DNA from: Zygophlyctis sp. KS116
Lineage: Eukaryota > Fungi > Chytridiomycota
NCBI GenBank assembly: GCA_054661495.1
Contig: BAAFSQ010000042.1
Location: forward strand, 24,065-56,064
DNA length: 32,000 nt
Direction: 5' to 3'
The notes below the pieces were generated by a model. The model saw only the letters and a list, made by a program, of their open reading frames with translations. It made no database searches and was not told where the DNA came from. The stretch's first letter is position 1. Each line of letters starts with the position of its first letter. Position numbers and translations under genes: made by a program. This document shows, piece after piece, positions 21,354 through 32,000 of this stretch.

Positions 21354-21501
21354 TTTTTCTCTCTTTAACGCTTTCGAGCGCAGTTTTGAATGCAAAAATT
21401 CGTTGAATTTGACATTGTTGACTAGGTTGTCTCTAGGTTGTGGGCATTATTGACTAGGTTGACTACTTTGGGGGTAATTAGGGCTTTGCAGAGTCTTAAA
21501 A

Positions 21502-22906
21502 ATGAAGAAAAAAAGATCATCTCTAAAGCCCCAAGACTCTGTTCAAATGTGTAGAGAAATTCTAGTCTATTTTTCAAAGAAATGTCTAGTAAATATAGAC
21601 TTTTCAGACCTTTCTCAATCAAAAACTTTACAGGAATTAAAATTTGTCTTTCAGCAAAATTTAGTTAAATTCTTGTTGAAATTTTCTAATCCTGCATCCC
21701 AGGAACATGAGCAAGGGAAAAATCTCTGGAAATTAGGATTGAGATTTTTAAATTTACAGATTGGAAATGCAATTGAAAAAGATATGCTTGATGTAGTAGG
21801 TGAAGGCTCAGAATGGGTTGAACCTCCTCTAAAAAAGTCAAGGAGTAGGTCTAAAGTAACTGAAAATCTTGAATCTCTAGATTTTGGGCAGAAATATGCT
21901 CTTGTACAAAAAGGAGTAGAGGGTAATTTCTTTTTTACCACTGCTGTCTCGAGATTAATTGATGATTATAATGTTGGTAAGGTTTTTTAAATTTTATGAT
22001 AGATACAAATGCTGCAAAAATTAAGATTGAGCCTACACAGCCTATAAAACAGGATCAAGTCGCGAATTTGGCAAGTGTTGCAGGAACTGGGCCGAAAATG
22101 GCTCCAGGAAGGCAAGTAAGAAAAGGTTTCAGGATTTATGCTGGTATTTTAGTTTTTACTAAGTAAATAGCTGAATTTCCTGAATATGGGGCTTTTCATT
22201 CTTTTGCTCCCTCTGTGGATTTAGCAAGGTCTAATTTATCTAGAATTGATTCGATTTCTATAAGATATCCAGGTAGAAAAGTAATTATAGAGGATGGGCT
22301 GCAAGTTGCTACATTCCCGGTAAGTGTATACAATGGAGATTTAGATTCATCTTTTCCACAGCTTATTTCTCTTCCGACTGAAGAAGAGTTGGATAATTTA
22401 AATGAGGCACCAGAAGTTGTAGAATCTGAATTTTTGAAAGAATTTGGCATTGATTTAGATAATTTATTGGAAAAAGAGGATATGGATATTTGTGAATTAG
22501 GTAAATCGATGGCTTTTTATAGACTAGATGACTCGGCATTATTTGAAAGGAATGTTCAGCTAATCAAGAAACTAATTTCTTTTCAAGATGATAGGATTGC
22601 AAAAGGTGCTGGAAAGGTTTCTTCTGCTGAATTAAACACTGGTATCATATTTTTGATTTTAAGAATATAGCAACATCTCTAAAAGCAAATCTATCCAAAA
22701 TTGTCTCTTCATTTAAGCCAAAGGATTTAGTAAGCGTCGATCAGATTAGAAAGGCTATGCAATATGTAAGGAAGACTGAAAAAGCATTTAGAGGGGGCTT
22801 ATCACAACAGGCGCCATTTGTTTTCCCATGTAATACTGCTGGAAATGGAGTTATACCGGCCGGTTCAGGGACTGTTCCATTGGCTTTACTCAAAGATGGT
22901 CGTTAA
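21502..22906 (+). CDS. Hypothetical protein with BRD7/BRD9-like (DUF3512-type) motif
   Basis: Spliced product contains EYGAFHSFAPSVDLARSNLSRIDS, similar to the BRD7/9 YGPFSSFAP.YDS motif, followed by LI..L..FQD.R. Introns 21977-22002, 22144-22170, 22642-22670. Confidence 0.6.
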
Positions 22907-22911
22907 AATGA

Positions 22912-25046
22912 TTAATTGTTGTTTTTTAATACGTCATTGAATGTGTATCTTAATATATCAGATATTTGAACCATGTTTCCTGAAATTCCAACGCCCAATT
23001 CTGTCGAGAATGATGTGATTTTAATGATGCTTTCATAATTATCTAAATCCTGGTCTGATAAGACTTCAACGTCCTCTAGACCAATCCCATAGCTCCGAAA
23101 CTTTTCAAAAAAGCTGGCATGCACAATCTTTTCTCTATGTTTTCGGTCAAGTATTGCCTGTTCATACTCTGCTTTAGATGATAAACGAAAAGCTATTCTC
23201 AGTGGTGATTGAGAAAGATAGCAGAAAACTAGAACTTTCCCCATTTTAACGGTTGGGCTTTGAATTGGAGTTTCATTAGACCGTAAATGCAATTGTTCGC
23301 CTTCTATATCATCTAGTTCTATAGTTTCAAAAGATATGTTGAACTCTTTTTCTAAATATTGTAATTCTTGTAAAAGTGTAAGAGGTTTGCCCACAGATGG
23401 AGATGTTTCGACGCCTTCTATACTATCCTGGTCACTTGTTTTGATCTTTTTTGTAGAAATATCAGAGAAAAAAGACTCGCTTTCTGATGAGATACTTTTC
23501 CTCTTTCTTGAACTTGAATCAATAGAATTTGGCGATTCAATTGGGGACTGATCTTCATCAAAATTAAAGTATTCCGAAAAATCATCTGCGGCTTATTTTA
23601 AAAAATAATCATACCTTCCTTTATAGGCAGCGGATCTGCCCCATTAGGTGTATTCTTTTGAAGTGCGGCTAACGTTCCTTCTGATAAAAGCAAATCAAGA
23701 TCCTGCTGTGAAAAGGTTTGCCGAACTTTAGTATTTAAACGGTCTTGTGCATTTTTTTGATTGATTTTCTGGATGAAAAGCTGTTGTTTTATTTGTGCGT
23801 TGAGTTTCATTGACGTGTTTGATGTAGACCGGGGTAAAATTGGTGTTGGCGTTTGATTTCCCATAACTGACTGATTTGGTGAAACATTAAGAGCTGAAGC
23901 CCCCAGGGCTGTAATATTTGGTTGGGATTGTGGAGATGGTGATGTAAAAATCTGCCCATGTTTCTTTGCATCTTTTGATTCCATCAAATGATGTAATTGA
24001 GAAGATCTTTCTTGATTTTGCTTTATTAACATTGCACCATACTGAAAATATCTTGCCATTGTAGCTTGTAAGCTATTGGCTGCTTCTACTGAAATGGTGT
24101 ACCGATCTACTTTAAGTCCTTCTAGTTGATAATAAATTGCCTTTTTCTATTATTAGTAAAAATGTTTATAGATATACAATATTAATTAGCTTATGAATTT
24201 GAAGAACGTCTGCTTTTGTTCCAAGAGTAGAAATTGTGTTAACCAGGCCATTTATTTTTGGGAAGAAATGTGAAATCTGCCCTAATTTTTCCTGTACTAT
24301 CTTTTTATCTACTTCAGATAATTGCAGGATAATTGGTAGTGTTCTGTCTTGAGAATTGCCATCCATTGTTTTCTTGTCAGATGCAGTGTTTGATGCCGCA
24401 ACATCACCATCAGGTGATGTACCCGGGGCAGACTGTGGACCTACGGAGCCTGCATTAGTTGGACTACCAGCCATAATCACTTGTGATTGCTGTTTAGAAT
24501 TTTTTGCGAATGCTATGTATAAGTTTTTAAGATGGCGAGAAATAATTTTTAAAAAGAATAGCTTTGCCGAAACTCTGAAATAATTACATTTTTTTTGAAT
24601 TTCAAAGATTTGTGCTTTTAAATTTGTAAAATATTCCATCTAATATTAGAGTCTTTGGATTACTTTTGATTTGCTAATATCAAAAAATCTTTTTTCTATT
24701 TTCTGTGCTATCTGACTTATTCTTGTTTCATTTTTCTGATCTGGAGGTAATGATTGAAATATTTGCTGAGATCTTTTACTTAATAAAATCTTAAACTATA
24801 CAGCTTTTGAATCACTTGAAAACGCTCCGTCTGACTTACTTCCAAGCGCCAATCTAACGGTACTTCAGTAGCGATAGCGTTTAGCAAATGTGATCTATTA
24901 GTAGGCTCTGATGATGTGAAGTTTATCATGTCCGGGCTAGCCTCTTTAGATTTGTTTGATGTGGGTGGTTGTGAAGTTAGCAGTTCTAATGCTGCATTGA
25001 TCATTGCCGATTCACTATTATGATCATGAGGAGTATTGTTTCTCAT
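22912..25046 (-). CDS. Mediator subunit Med15/Gal11-like protein (KIX-like domain)
   Basis: DWRLEVSQTERFQVIQKL KIX-like start and Q/S/P-rich middle. Introns 24773-24801, 24640-24663, 24147-24177, 23592-23614. A possible extra intron at 24513-24587 is unresolved. Confidence 0.65.
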
Positions 25047-25130
25047 TAGATTTCAAACTTGTTTTGCTGACGTTGTTCCTGTAACGTGAACGGAACTTTA
25101 TAACAGACTACAAGTAATATCGGATAAATC

Positions 25131-26069
25131 ATGTCGGCAATTACTAAGACTATAGTTTCAATAGGCCAATTACGATCTACCTCTAATATATCTTTAAACA
25201 TTCAAAATGTATGCTCCATGATTGGGGATGCAGCAAAGTCTGGATCTAAAGTACATTTGCCTTGTATTTAACGCTGAAGATGATATTCTTACCAGAAGCA
25301 AGCGATTTCATAACTGAAAACTTGACCCAAACAGGTACTATCAAATATGTAAGGCGGTAGTTGAATTATCCAAAGATGATACATTTCTTAAGTCCACCAT
25401 GGAAGGCGCGTTAAGACATCATATTTGGGTATCTGTTGGATATCATGAGCCAAGTGATTCTAGTGATCTGGTATACAATTCCCAAGCCAGTAACTCTTAA
25501 AACTTACATTGTAGTAATTAATGATTTGGGTCAAATTGTATCTAAATACCGTAAAATACATTTATTTGATATTGTAAGCTTATAAAAGAAATAATAAATA
25601 GGATATACCTAATGGGCCGTGTATAAAGGAATCAAAAAGTACGATTCCCGGTAATCAGATAATTATGCCAGTTGATACACCGATAGGAAAGTTGGGGATG
25701 TGTATCTGTTATGATTTACGGTTTCCAGAGCAGTCTTCTATTCTAAGAAAGCAAGGAGCAGAATTGATTTCTTATCCATCTGCTTTTACTGTCAAGACTG
25801 GTCAGGCGCATTGGGAAGTGTTATTAAAAGCCAGAGCTATTGAAACACAAACTTTTGTTATAGCTGCTGCACAAGTTGGAAATCATAATTCTAAAAGATC
25901 TAGCTATGGTCATTCTATGATAATTGATCCATGGGGTTATGTGCTGGTTGAACTTGAGCAAGAAGAAAATTGTATTGCATCTGCTGAAATTGATCTAGAA
26001 TTAATGCGAAAGATTCGAGAGCAGATGCCGATTCAAGATCATAAGCGGAATGATATTTACAGTTTTTGA
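25131..26069 (+). CDS. Nitrilase-superfamily deaminated glutathione amidase (Nit1 / yeast Nit2-like)
   Basis: FLPEASD, YRKIHLFD, ICYDLRFPE catalytic E-K-C triad, PSAFTVKTGQAHWEVLLKARAIETQ. Introns 25231-25259, 25335-25360, 25490-25514, 25574-25601. Confidence 0.93.
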
Positions 26070-26240
26070 TTCATCTTTGTATTTAAAGTAGTAGATATCT
26101 GTAAAATCAAAATTGAGTTTCGATGAATATAATAGGTAGCGCTCAAAGCTATTAGAATTTAATAAAGATCATTTATAAATGATAAGAAGTTTGTGTTGGT
26201 GGATATAGACGCGCAGAAGTCTGAAATTCGTCCGAAAGAA

Positions 26241-28524
26241 ATGGAAGATCATTGTCCGCAATACTGGTTAGATTTAGTATCAGCTTGCAACTCCCTCCCC
26301 GAACAAAGGCGTTTATTGACTGAAGCAACTACAAGGTTTCATAAATTTATGATTGACAATAGGCTAAGTATTGAGAGGTACCGTAATGATAATACGCTTC
26401 TCCAGATCTGGCTCAAGTTCATTGATGTAGAACGGTAAGTAGTCAGACTACTGTCAATGTTTGGAGTGAAACTCTAGGCTTTTTGTTGAAATGAATTTAC
26501 ATTTAGTGCTTTCGGACAAGAATATTCGGTGGTACTTGATATTTTCAAATTTCTCAAGTCAGCTAGACTTGGAGCTCAATCCATTGGATTTTATGAACAG
26601 TGGGCAATGTTTGAAGCATCTAATGGCAATTTCAAAAAGGCACGAGCAGTCGTAGAATCTGCGACTTGTCTGAATATTAAAGGCTCAAAAGACAAGATAG
26701 TAGAGATTAATCAAACTATTGATAGTCTTGAAGCTAAAAATCAATCATTGGACAAGGAAAACATCTACCCGAATAATTCTATCAAATTTAGAAGGAAGCA
26801 GAATTCTGGACTCAAGCTTCGTGGTTTCGATTCAGAAGTCGGATATGACATACAAATCCCTGAAGAATTAAGCATTGTACCAATTAAAAATCAATCTAAA
26901 TTATCGAAGAGCACTACGGTATACTTTACATATTTAAAATTTTAGGATTGTGTAGTTTCCAGTTTATCAGATCCTGGAAGTCTAGAGACATCGCCTAATC
27001 AATCCAATGTTCCTAGAAAGAAAACACACCAAGCAAGATTGATGAGGTTCCAAATTAATCCAAATTTAGGTAACTCATTTTATATGATTCAAAAGGTCCT
27101 CCAGCTCGTCTATTAAAAAAAGAACAAACTATTCAACTTTTGAAAAAAAACAATGAAGCGGATATTCTCTCCCAAAAACCTCGCTTCTCAGAAGATGATA
27201 TAAAGGAAAAAATCATATCTGCAGATATTAGTACTTGAATTTACTAAACTTTAGATACAGAACAACATTCTTCATCAAAAGATGCAAAGTTGAATACATT
27301 TGAATTGAAGAAAATTCCAGATTTAATTTCAAACTCACCAAATTCTAAGGCAGAATCTAAAGAATCCGTAGTTGCATCTACAAATGAAGATTTAACAATT
27401 CAGGAGAATTTGGAGAAAACAAAAGTCTTTGGTGACACAATAAAGGAATATATTGTTCCTATAAAGAATGATGATGAACCAATTCGAGATAAGAAACTTT
27501 TAAAGGTTAGAATTCGGTTAAAACTTATTATTTTAGATTAATTCCCAAACATATCAGAGGATGGAACTTATTGGCCGAGGAGGTAGCTCTAAAGTCTTCA
27601 AGATTATGAATGTTGATTCTGGAAAGCTGTTTGCATTAAAAAAGGTGAAACTATGCAAACAAGAACCAACTGTATCTGAGGGCTATCTGAATGAAATTGA
27701 ACTTTTAAAAAAATTAAAAGGAAATAAGCAAATCATTCAGTTATTAGATTATGTGATCTCTACTGAATCGATTCTTTTAGTAAATTTATAAATATTAACG
27801 AATAGGTATTAGAATATGGAGAGATTGATCTTGCAACAATTTTGAAAAAAACCAAATCTTTAAGTATGAATTGTATCAAAATGTATTGGGAACAAATGTT
27901 GAATGCTGTTGATACGATCCACAATTTAAATATTATCCATAGTGACTTGAAACCTGCAGTAAGACTTGCTTATATTAAATCTAGAATTTTTTACTAGTGG
28001 AAGGCGAATTAGTCTTGATAGATTTTGGAATAGCAAAAACTATTCCTAATGATACAACCAATATCCACAGAGATCATCAAACAGGAACTATAAACTTTAT
28101 GTCTCCAGAATCTATTAGTTTTGTAGATTCTAAAGATTCAAAGTATTTAAGACTAGGACGACCATCAGACGTCTGGTCACTTGGCTGTATTTTATATCAA
28201 ATGATTTATGGCTCACCACCTTTTAGTCATATTTCACCCATAGTATCAAAATTATCTGCAATTGTAAATCCTAAATACGAAATCACTTTTAACAATGCTG
28301 ATTCAAAAGCCATAGAGTCAATCAAGGCCTGTCTACAACGTGATCCTAAATCCAGATCAACCATTCCCAAATTATTATCAATGCCATTTCTAAAATCCGA
28401 TCACTTATCAAACACTACAGTATTGTCTATTTTATCACTTGGACTCCTTGAACTAGGAATAAACATTGAACCTCATCGACTAGAGCAAATTGCGGACAAG
28501 ATCAGTAAAGGAATCAAATATTAA
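26241..28524 (+). CDS. MPS1: Mps1/TTK dual-specificity kinase with N-terminal TPR-like region
   Basis: IGRGGSSKVF, IHSDLKPA|NF, LIDFGIAKTIPNDTTNIHRDHQTGTINFMSPE, SDVWSLGCILYQMIYG. Seven introns (26435-26506, 26919-26945, 27070-27095, 27231-27254, 27506-27536, 27780-27805, 27959-27984). Start codon uncertain. Confidence 0.92.
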
Positions 28525-28547
28525 ATTTGTATCTTGTAAATTTTTAA

Positions 28548-29247
28548 ATGAAGGCATTGATCACTGGAGCCAACAGAGGTATTGGCCTTGAGTTTGTTAA
28601 AACATATCTAAAATTAAACTATCAGGTAATTGCAACTGTTCGGGATAAAAACGCCATCAGCCCTGAATTATCTCTACTATTGTCTGATTATAAATCACTG
28701 CGACTTTTAGAGATTGATCTGTCTAATCCTGACTCAATATCAAAAGTAGATTTAGGAGATGAAGAGTTGGATCTATTAATCAACAATGCAGGAATTATTG
28801 ACCGAACAGAATCTTTAGTTGCATCTTCTGATCTAATGCATAATCTGTTTCAAGTAAATGCAGGTATGTTTTGTTCATTTAATAAAAGTTGCACCGCTGA
28901 TATTATTTCAGAAATTATCTCCCAATCTATCAAAATCTCAGAATCCACGAGTGATTAATATAACATCTCGGGTTGGATCAATTCAAGACAATGGATCAGG
29001 AGGTAAAATAGCCTATAGAACCTCAAAAGCGGCATTAAATATGATTACAAAAACACTTTGTATTGATTATCCAAAGATTACATTTTTACTGTTACATCCA
29101 GGGAGGGTTAAAACACAAATGGTTAATTTTAATGGGGATGTGACAACAGAAGAGTGTGTTGAATTATTGGTTCCAAGAATTGAAAATGCAACATTGGAAA
29201 ATTCTGGTAGTTTTATGCATCGGGATGGATATTCCTTGCCATTTTAG
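28548..29247 (+). CDS. Short-chain dehydrogenase/reductase (C-factor/CsgA-like)
   Basis: TGANRGIG, INNAG, YRTSK catalytic motif, LHPG.VKT. Intron 28864-28888. Confidence 0.92.
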
Positions 29248-29282
29248 TCAACAAATCCACGCCAAGGTTCAATGTTTAAAAA

Positions 29283-29974
29283 ATGAAATATTTGACGCTG
29301 GAAAATTTTGAGGAATTGAACTCTGCTCTTTCAGTCATTAATGCAGGAGACTTTTTAATACATGCTAGGATAGAAGCTTATTCTTGTAAACCGACAGACT
29401 CTGATAAGAAACTAAAACATTTTATAGAATCTAGATACCCAACAACTGTAGAATTATCTTCTTCCGTAGAGTCTCAGACTGCCCTAGATGATATTTCTAG
29501 GAAAACTCTAGTGTACTTGCTGTCAACATTAAATGCGGCATTTCCAGACTATGATTTTTCAGAGGTCAAACCAGGATATTTTAAAAAAACAACAATTGTA
29601 AATATTAGAAATTATCTTTCTCCTCTAAGTCATGCCATAGAAATCGGATATTTACTGGAATGTATAGATCATGTGGCGGATCTTCAAGAGTGTAGTTTTT
29701 ATGCTTTTGAACCAGATAAAGGTAATTCATTGATTGCAGATCTGCTAATGGAAATTTTCGCGTTTTAATAACTCTAGATATAGAACCAGACTCTGAAGAA
29801 GGGAATTTATGGAGTTTTTATGTCTTTTTTTTCAACAAGAAAATGAAAAGGATAGTGTTTTTCACTGCAAGAGCAGTTTCATGTTTGATTCAAGATGTTG
29901 AAGTGGAATTGGATGTTTCAAGGGAGTCTACAAGCCAATCTTTTGATGATTTTGTCATGGATCAGATGGACTAA
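29283..29974 (+). CDS. MAF1: RNA polymerase III repressor Maf1
   Basis: MKYL, RIEAYSCK, SRKTLVYLLSTLNAAFPDYDFS, LWSFYVFFFNKKMKRIVFF. Intron 29722-29777 (56 nt). Confidence 0.95.
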
Positions 29975-30003
29975 AAGTATTTTTAAATTTCCATTGTATT
30001 TTT

Positions 30004-31820
30004 TTATCGTTTCTTCTTTCGAGGCATTTTAGACTTTTGTATATCTGCATTTGGGATAACTTGTGAGGAAAGTTTTGGATTCTTTATAGTCTCTGAAGCT
30101 GGTAATCCCTGGGATCCTTGTGATCCTAATCCTGTAATTTCCTTTTTACTCTTTTTCTTTTTAAGAAATGAACTTCTTTCTCTTTTAGGAATCCATCTCT
30201 CTAAATATTATTTACTAGATAAATTACCTGGATCAGGAGTTGCATTTGGATCGTAATTTTTGGGATATTTTATAGCTCTCTTTCGTTTCTTTTTAGTTTT
30301 TTCTGTTTTACTTTTATAATTAGATTAAAGAAAAATACATCAAGAATTCATCAAAACTTTCCAATTTATCAACATCTATATTATTGGGTATAGTAATTAG
30401 AGGTAATTTGGAATAATATTCTTTTGCTTTTAAAGGATCATATCCTGCATATGCTGAAATCAATCCTGCAATATTGGATTCGTCCTTTTCAATCTTCAAC
30501 AACTCTTGGAATTCCATGGCTGATTCTTGATACATTTTAAGAGATAATTTGTATTGTGCAGATTTCTTTAGTAAAATTGTAAGAGGAGTCTAAAATTAAC
30601 ATCTTAAAAGAAATACATATTCTTGCTTCATCCTCCAAAATTCAATAGACTCTTTAAAAACCCATAAAATCGCATCCACTTCTTGCTCTAAAAACACAAA
30701 CAAGGACACTATCCTAGGTCTAAACCGGAAATCATCCAATTGTCCATTGAAAAACTCTTTAAAGGCTTCTTTAGCACTTTTTAAATCCTTTCTTTCCATA
30801 TAAACTTGTACTAGAGCCAAATTATATATTTTGGATTTAGGATTCTCCTGAATTAATTTCTAAATTTAGTTTTTCTAAAATTACTTTTAGTTCCTGAATA
30901 ACTCTTCCTTTTAGAGATTTAATTATTATTGAAACGTGTAATTTCTGTAAATTTTCATCCTTTGAATCCTTCTTGAGAGCTTCTTCAACTTTACCTTTTA
31001 TAGAATTAAATTTTCCAGTATTCCCTTGAACCTCTTTGATCTTCAATAATTCTAAAAGTAACTGATTATACTTTAAAATCCTTTTTTGCACAAGAGTTAA
31101 ATTTACATTTTTACTCTGCCCTGAAAAATCTTGATTTAAATTATGTTTAATAACATATTTAGAATTATCATCTACTTTTCCAACATCAATTCCTCCTAAA
31201 ATCTCTAGAGACTGATCTTTTAAACCTTTAATCTGTAAAATAACAGATTTTTGCATTTGTACCAACTTGACTTGCATTGAATCTTGATCCATGTCCGTAA
31301 TCAACTTTTCAGCTTTTTTTAAAACATTGACAGCTTCTTCTATTTGAGATTTCTGAATCAAGAGAGTAGAGTAATTAAATGCTTGCTCAAAGTTTTCCAA
31401 ATCTTCAGATTGCACGATAAAATCATCTAGTCCAAAGCTCGCAACAACTCCCAATTCATTAGCAACAATTTCAGCTCGAACATCTTCATCAATATCTGAA
31501 TCCTGTTCCAATTCCTTATAAATCTCCAGAGCCTGAATATTTTCTAATCTATTAAGAATCTGAGCCTTTAATAATTTTTCCTTTTTAGACTGTAATGATC
31601 CCAGTTCTTGCAATGCCTTTTCCTCTTGATTTAATTTCAATAGACAATAAGATTTCCTTGGATCGTTTGATTCCAGAGTTTCTAAAATCCGTTGAGCCTC
31701 TGAAAACTTTCCCAATCTTATTAAACAAGTGATTTTCAAATCCCTAAAATCCTCCCGATCGTTTAGCATTTGGAGAATTTCATCATCCTTGTCCAGTTGA
31801 ATAAGTTGCAACAGCGACAT
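30004..31820 (-). CDS. SRP72: Signal recognition particle subunit SRP72
   Basis: TPR-like N-terminus and C-terminal RNA-binding KRKR..KYPKNYDPNATPDP|ERWIPKRERS...GSQG. Introns 30860-30884, 30590-30616, 30311-30338, 30201-30227. Confidence 0.92.
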
Positions 31821-31932
31821 TTTCACAATTCTGCTTCCTTGGCTCAGCCCTCTTTTCAGATGGATTTGTATCAAAAAGTAATTAAAAATAATATACATGC
31901 TTCATTAAACCATATACAAATCATTTTTTACA

Positions 31933-32000
31933 TTATAGCTTTGAGTGAGCAGACATCGACGATTGATTCTTGGCTGTTACTGAAATTTCTCCATTTTCTA
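31933..32000 (-). CDS. 3' end of an upstream gene ending in peroxisomal targeting signal SKL
   Basis: Minus frame reads ENGEISVTAKNQSSMSAHSKL-stop (TAA 31933-31935). Only about 21 codons are visible. Confidence 0.5.
   Translation of the reverse strand, partial: ENGEISVTAKNQSSMSAHSKL

Noticed and set aside
297-24583. Short antisense or alternative-frame ORFs in the track (e.g. 297-500, 770-958, 6223-6495, 8938-9129, 19863-20094, 21651-21941, 24356-24583)
   Set aside because: They overlap well-supported genes and show no recognisable motifs.
24513-24587. Possible 75-nt stop-free intron in the Med15-like gene
   Set aside because: The frame is open either way, so it cannot be decided without transcripts. 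If real it would be a second stop-free 3n intron.
541-31898. Fragmented ORFs as pseudogenes, programmed frameshifts or an alternative genetic code
   Set aside because: Breaks in the recognised genes are resolved by short GT-AG introns that restore conserved motifs under the standard code.

Overview
This is an AT-rich, very gene-dense eukaryotic window, most likely from an early-diverging (chytrid-like, zoosporic) fungus. The taxon is inferred from protein similarity and intron style, not proven. It holds about 27 protein-coding genes or gene fragments. They are split by roughly 50 ultra-short GT-AG introns (mostly 22-33 nt), so the ORF track fragments most genes. Intergenic gaps are often under 100 bp and two gene pairs overlap. 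Most genes are housekeeping: BNA1/HAAO, URK1, IML2/TTC39, SLC1, RPS17, PRP17, STR3, NCS-1, FKBP, OTU, MPC1, F-BAR/SH3, MED15-like, nitrilase, MPS1, SDR, MAF1, SRP72. The main highlights are: (1) an intron-containing Brp/Blh-type beta-carotene 15,15'-dioxygenase, a prokaryote-type retinal-making enzyme; (2) a TALE homeobox gene with a MEINOX-like N-terminus, a cluster of TALE binding sites (TGACAG) in its own promoter, and a stop-free in-frame intron inside the recognition helix; (3) a box C/D snoRNA in the RPS17 intron with a guide antisense to LSU rRNA; (4) a same-strand MPC1/OTU CDS overlap and shared FKBP/OTU stop codons. All exon boundaries were placed by eye and have no transcript support.
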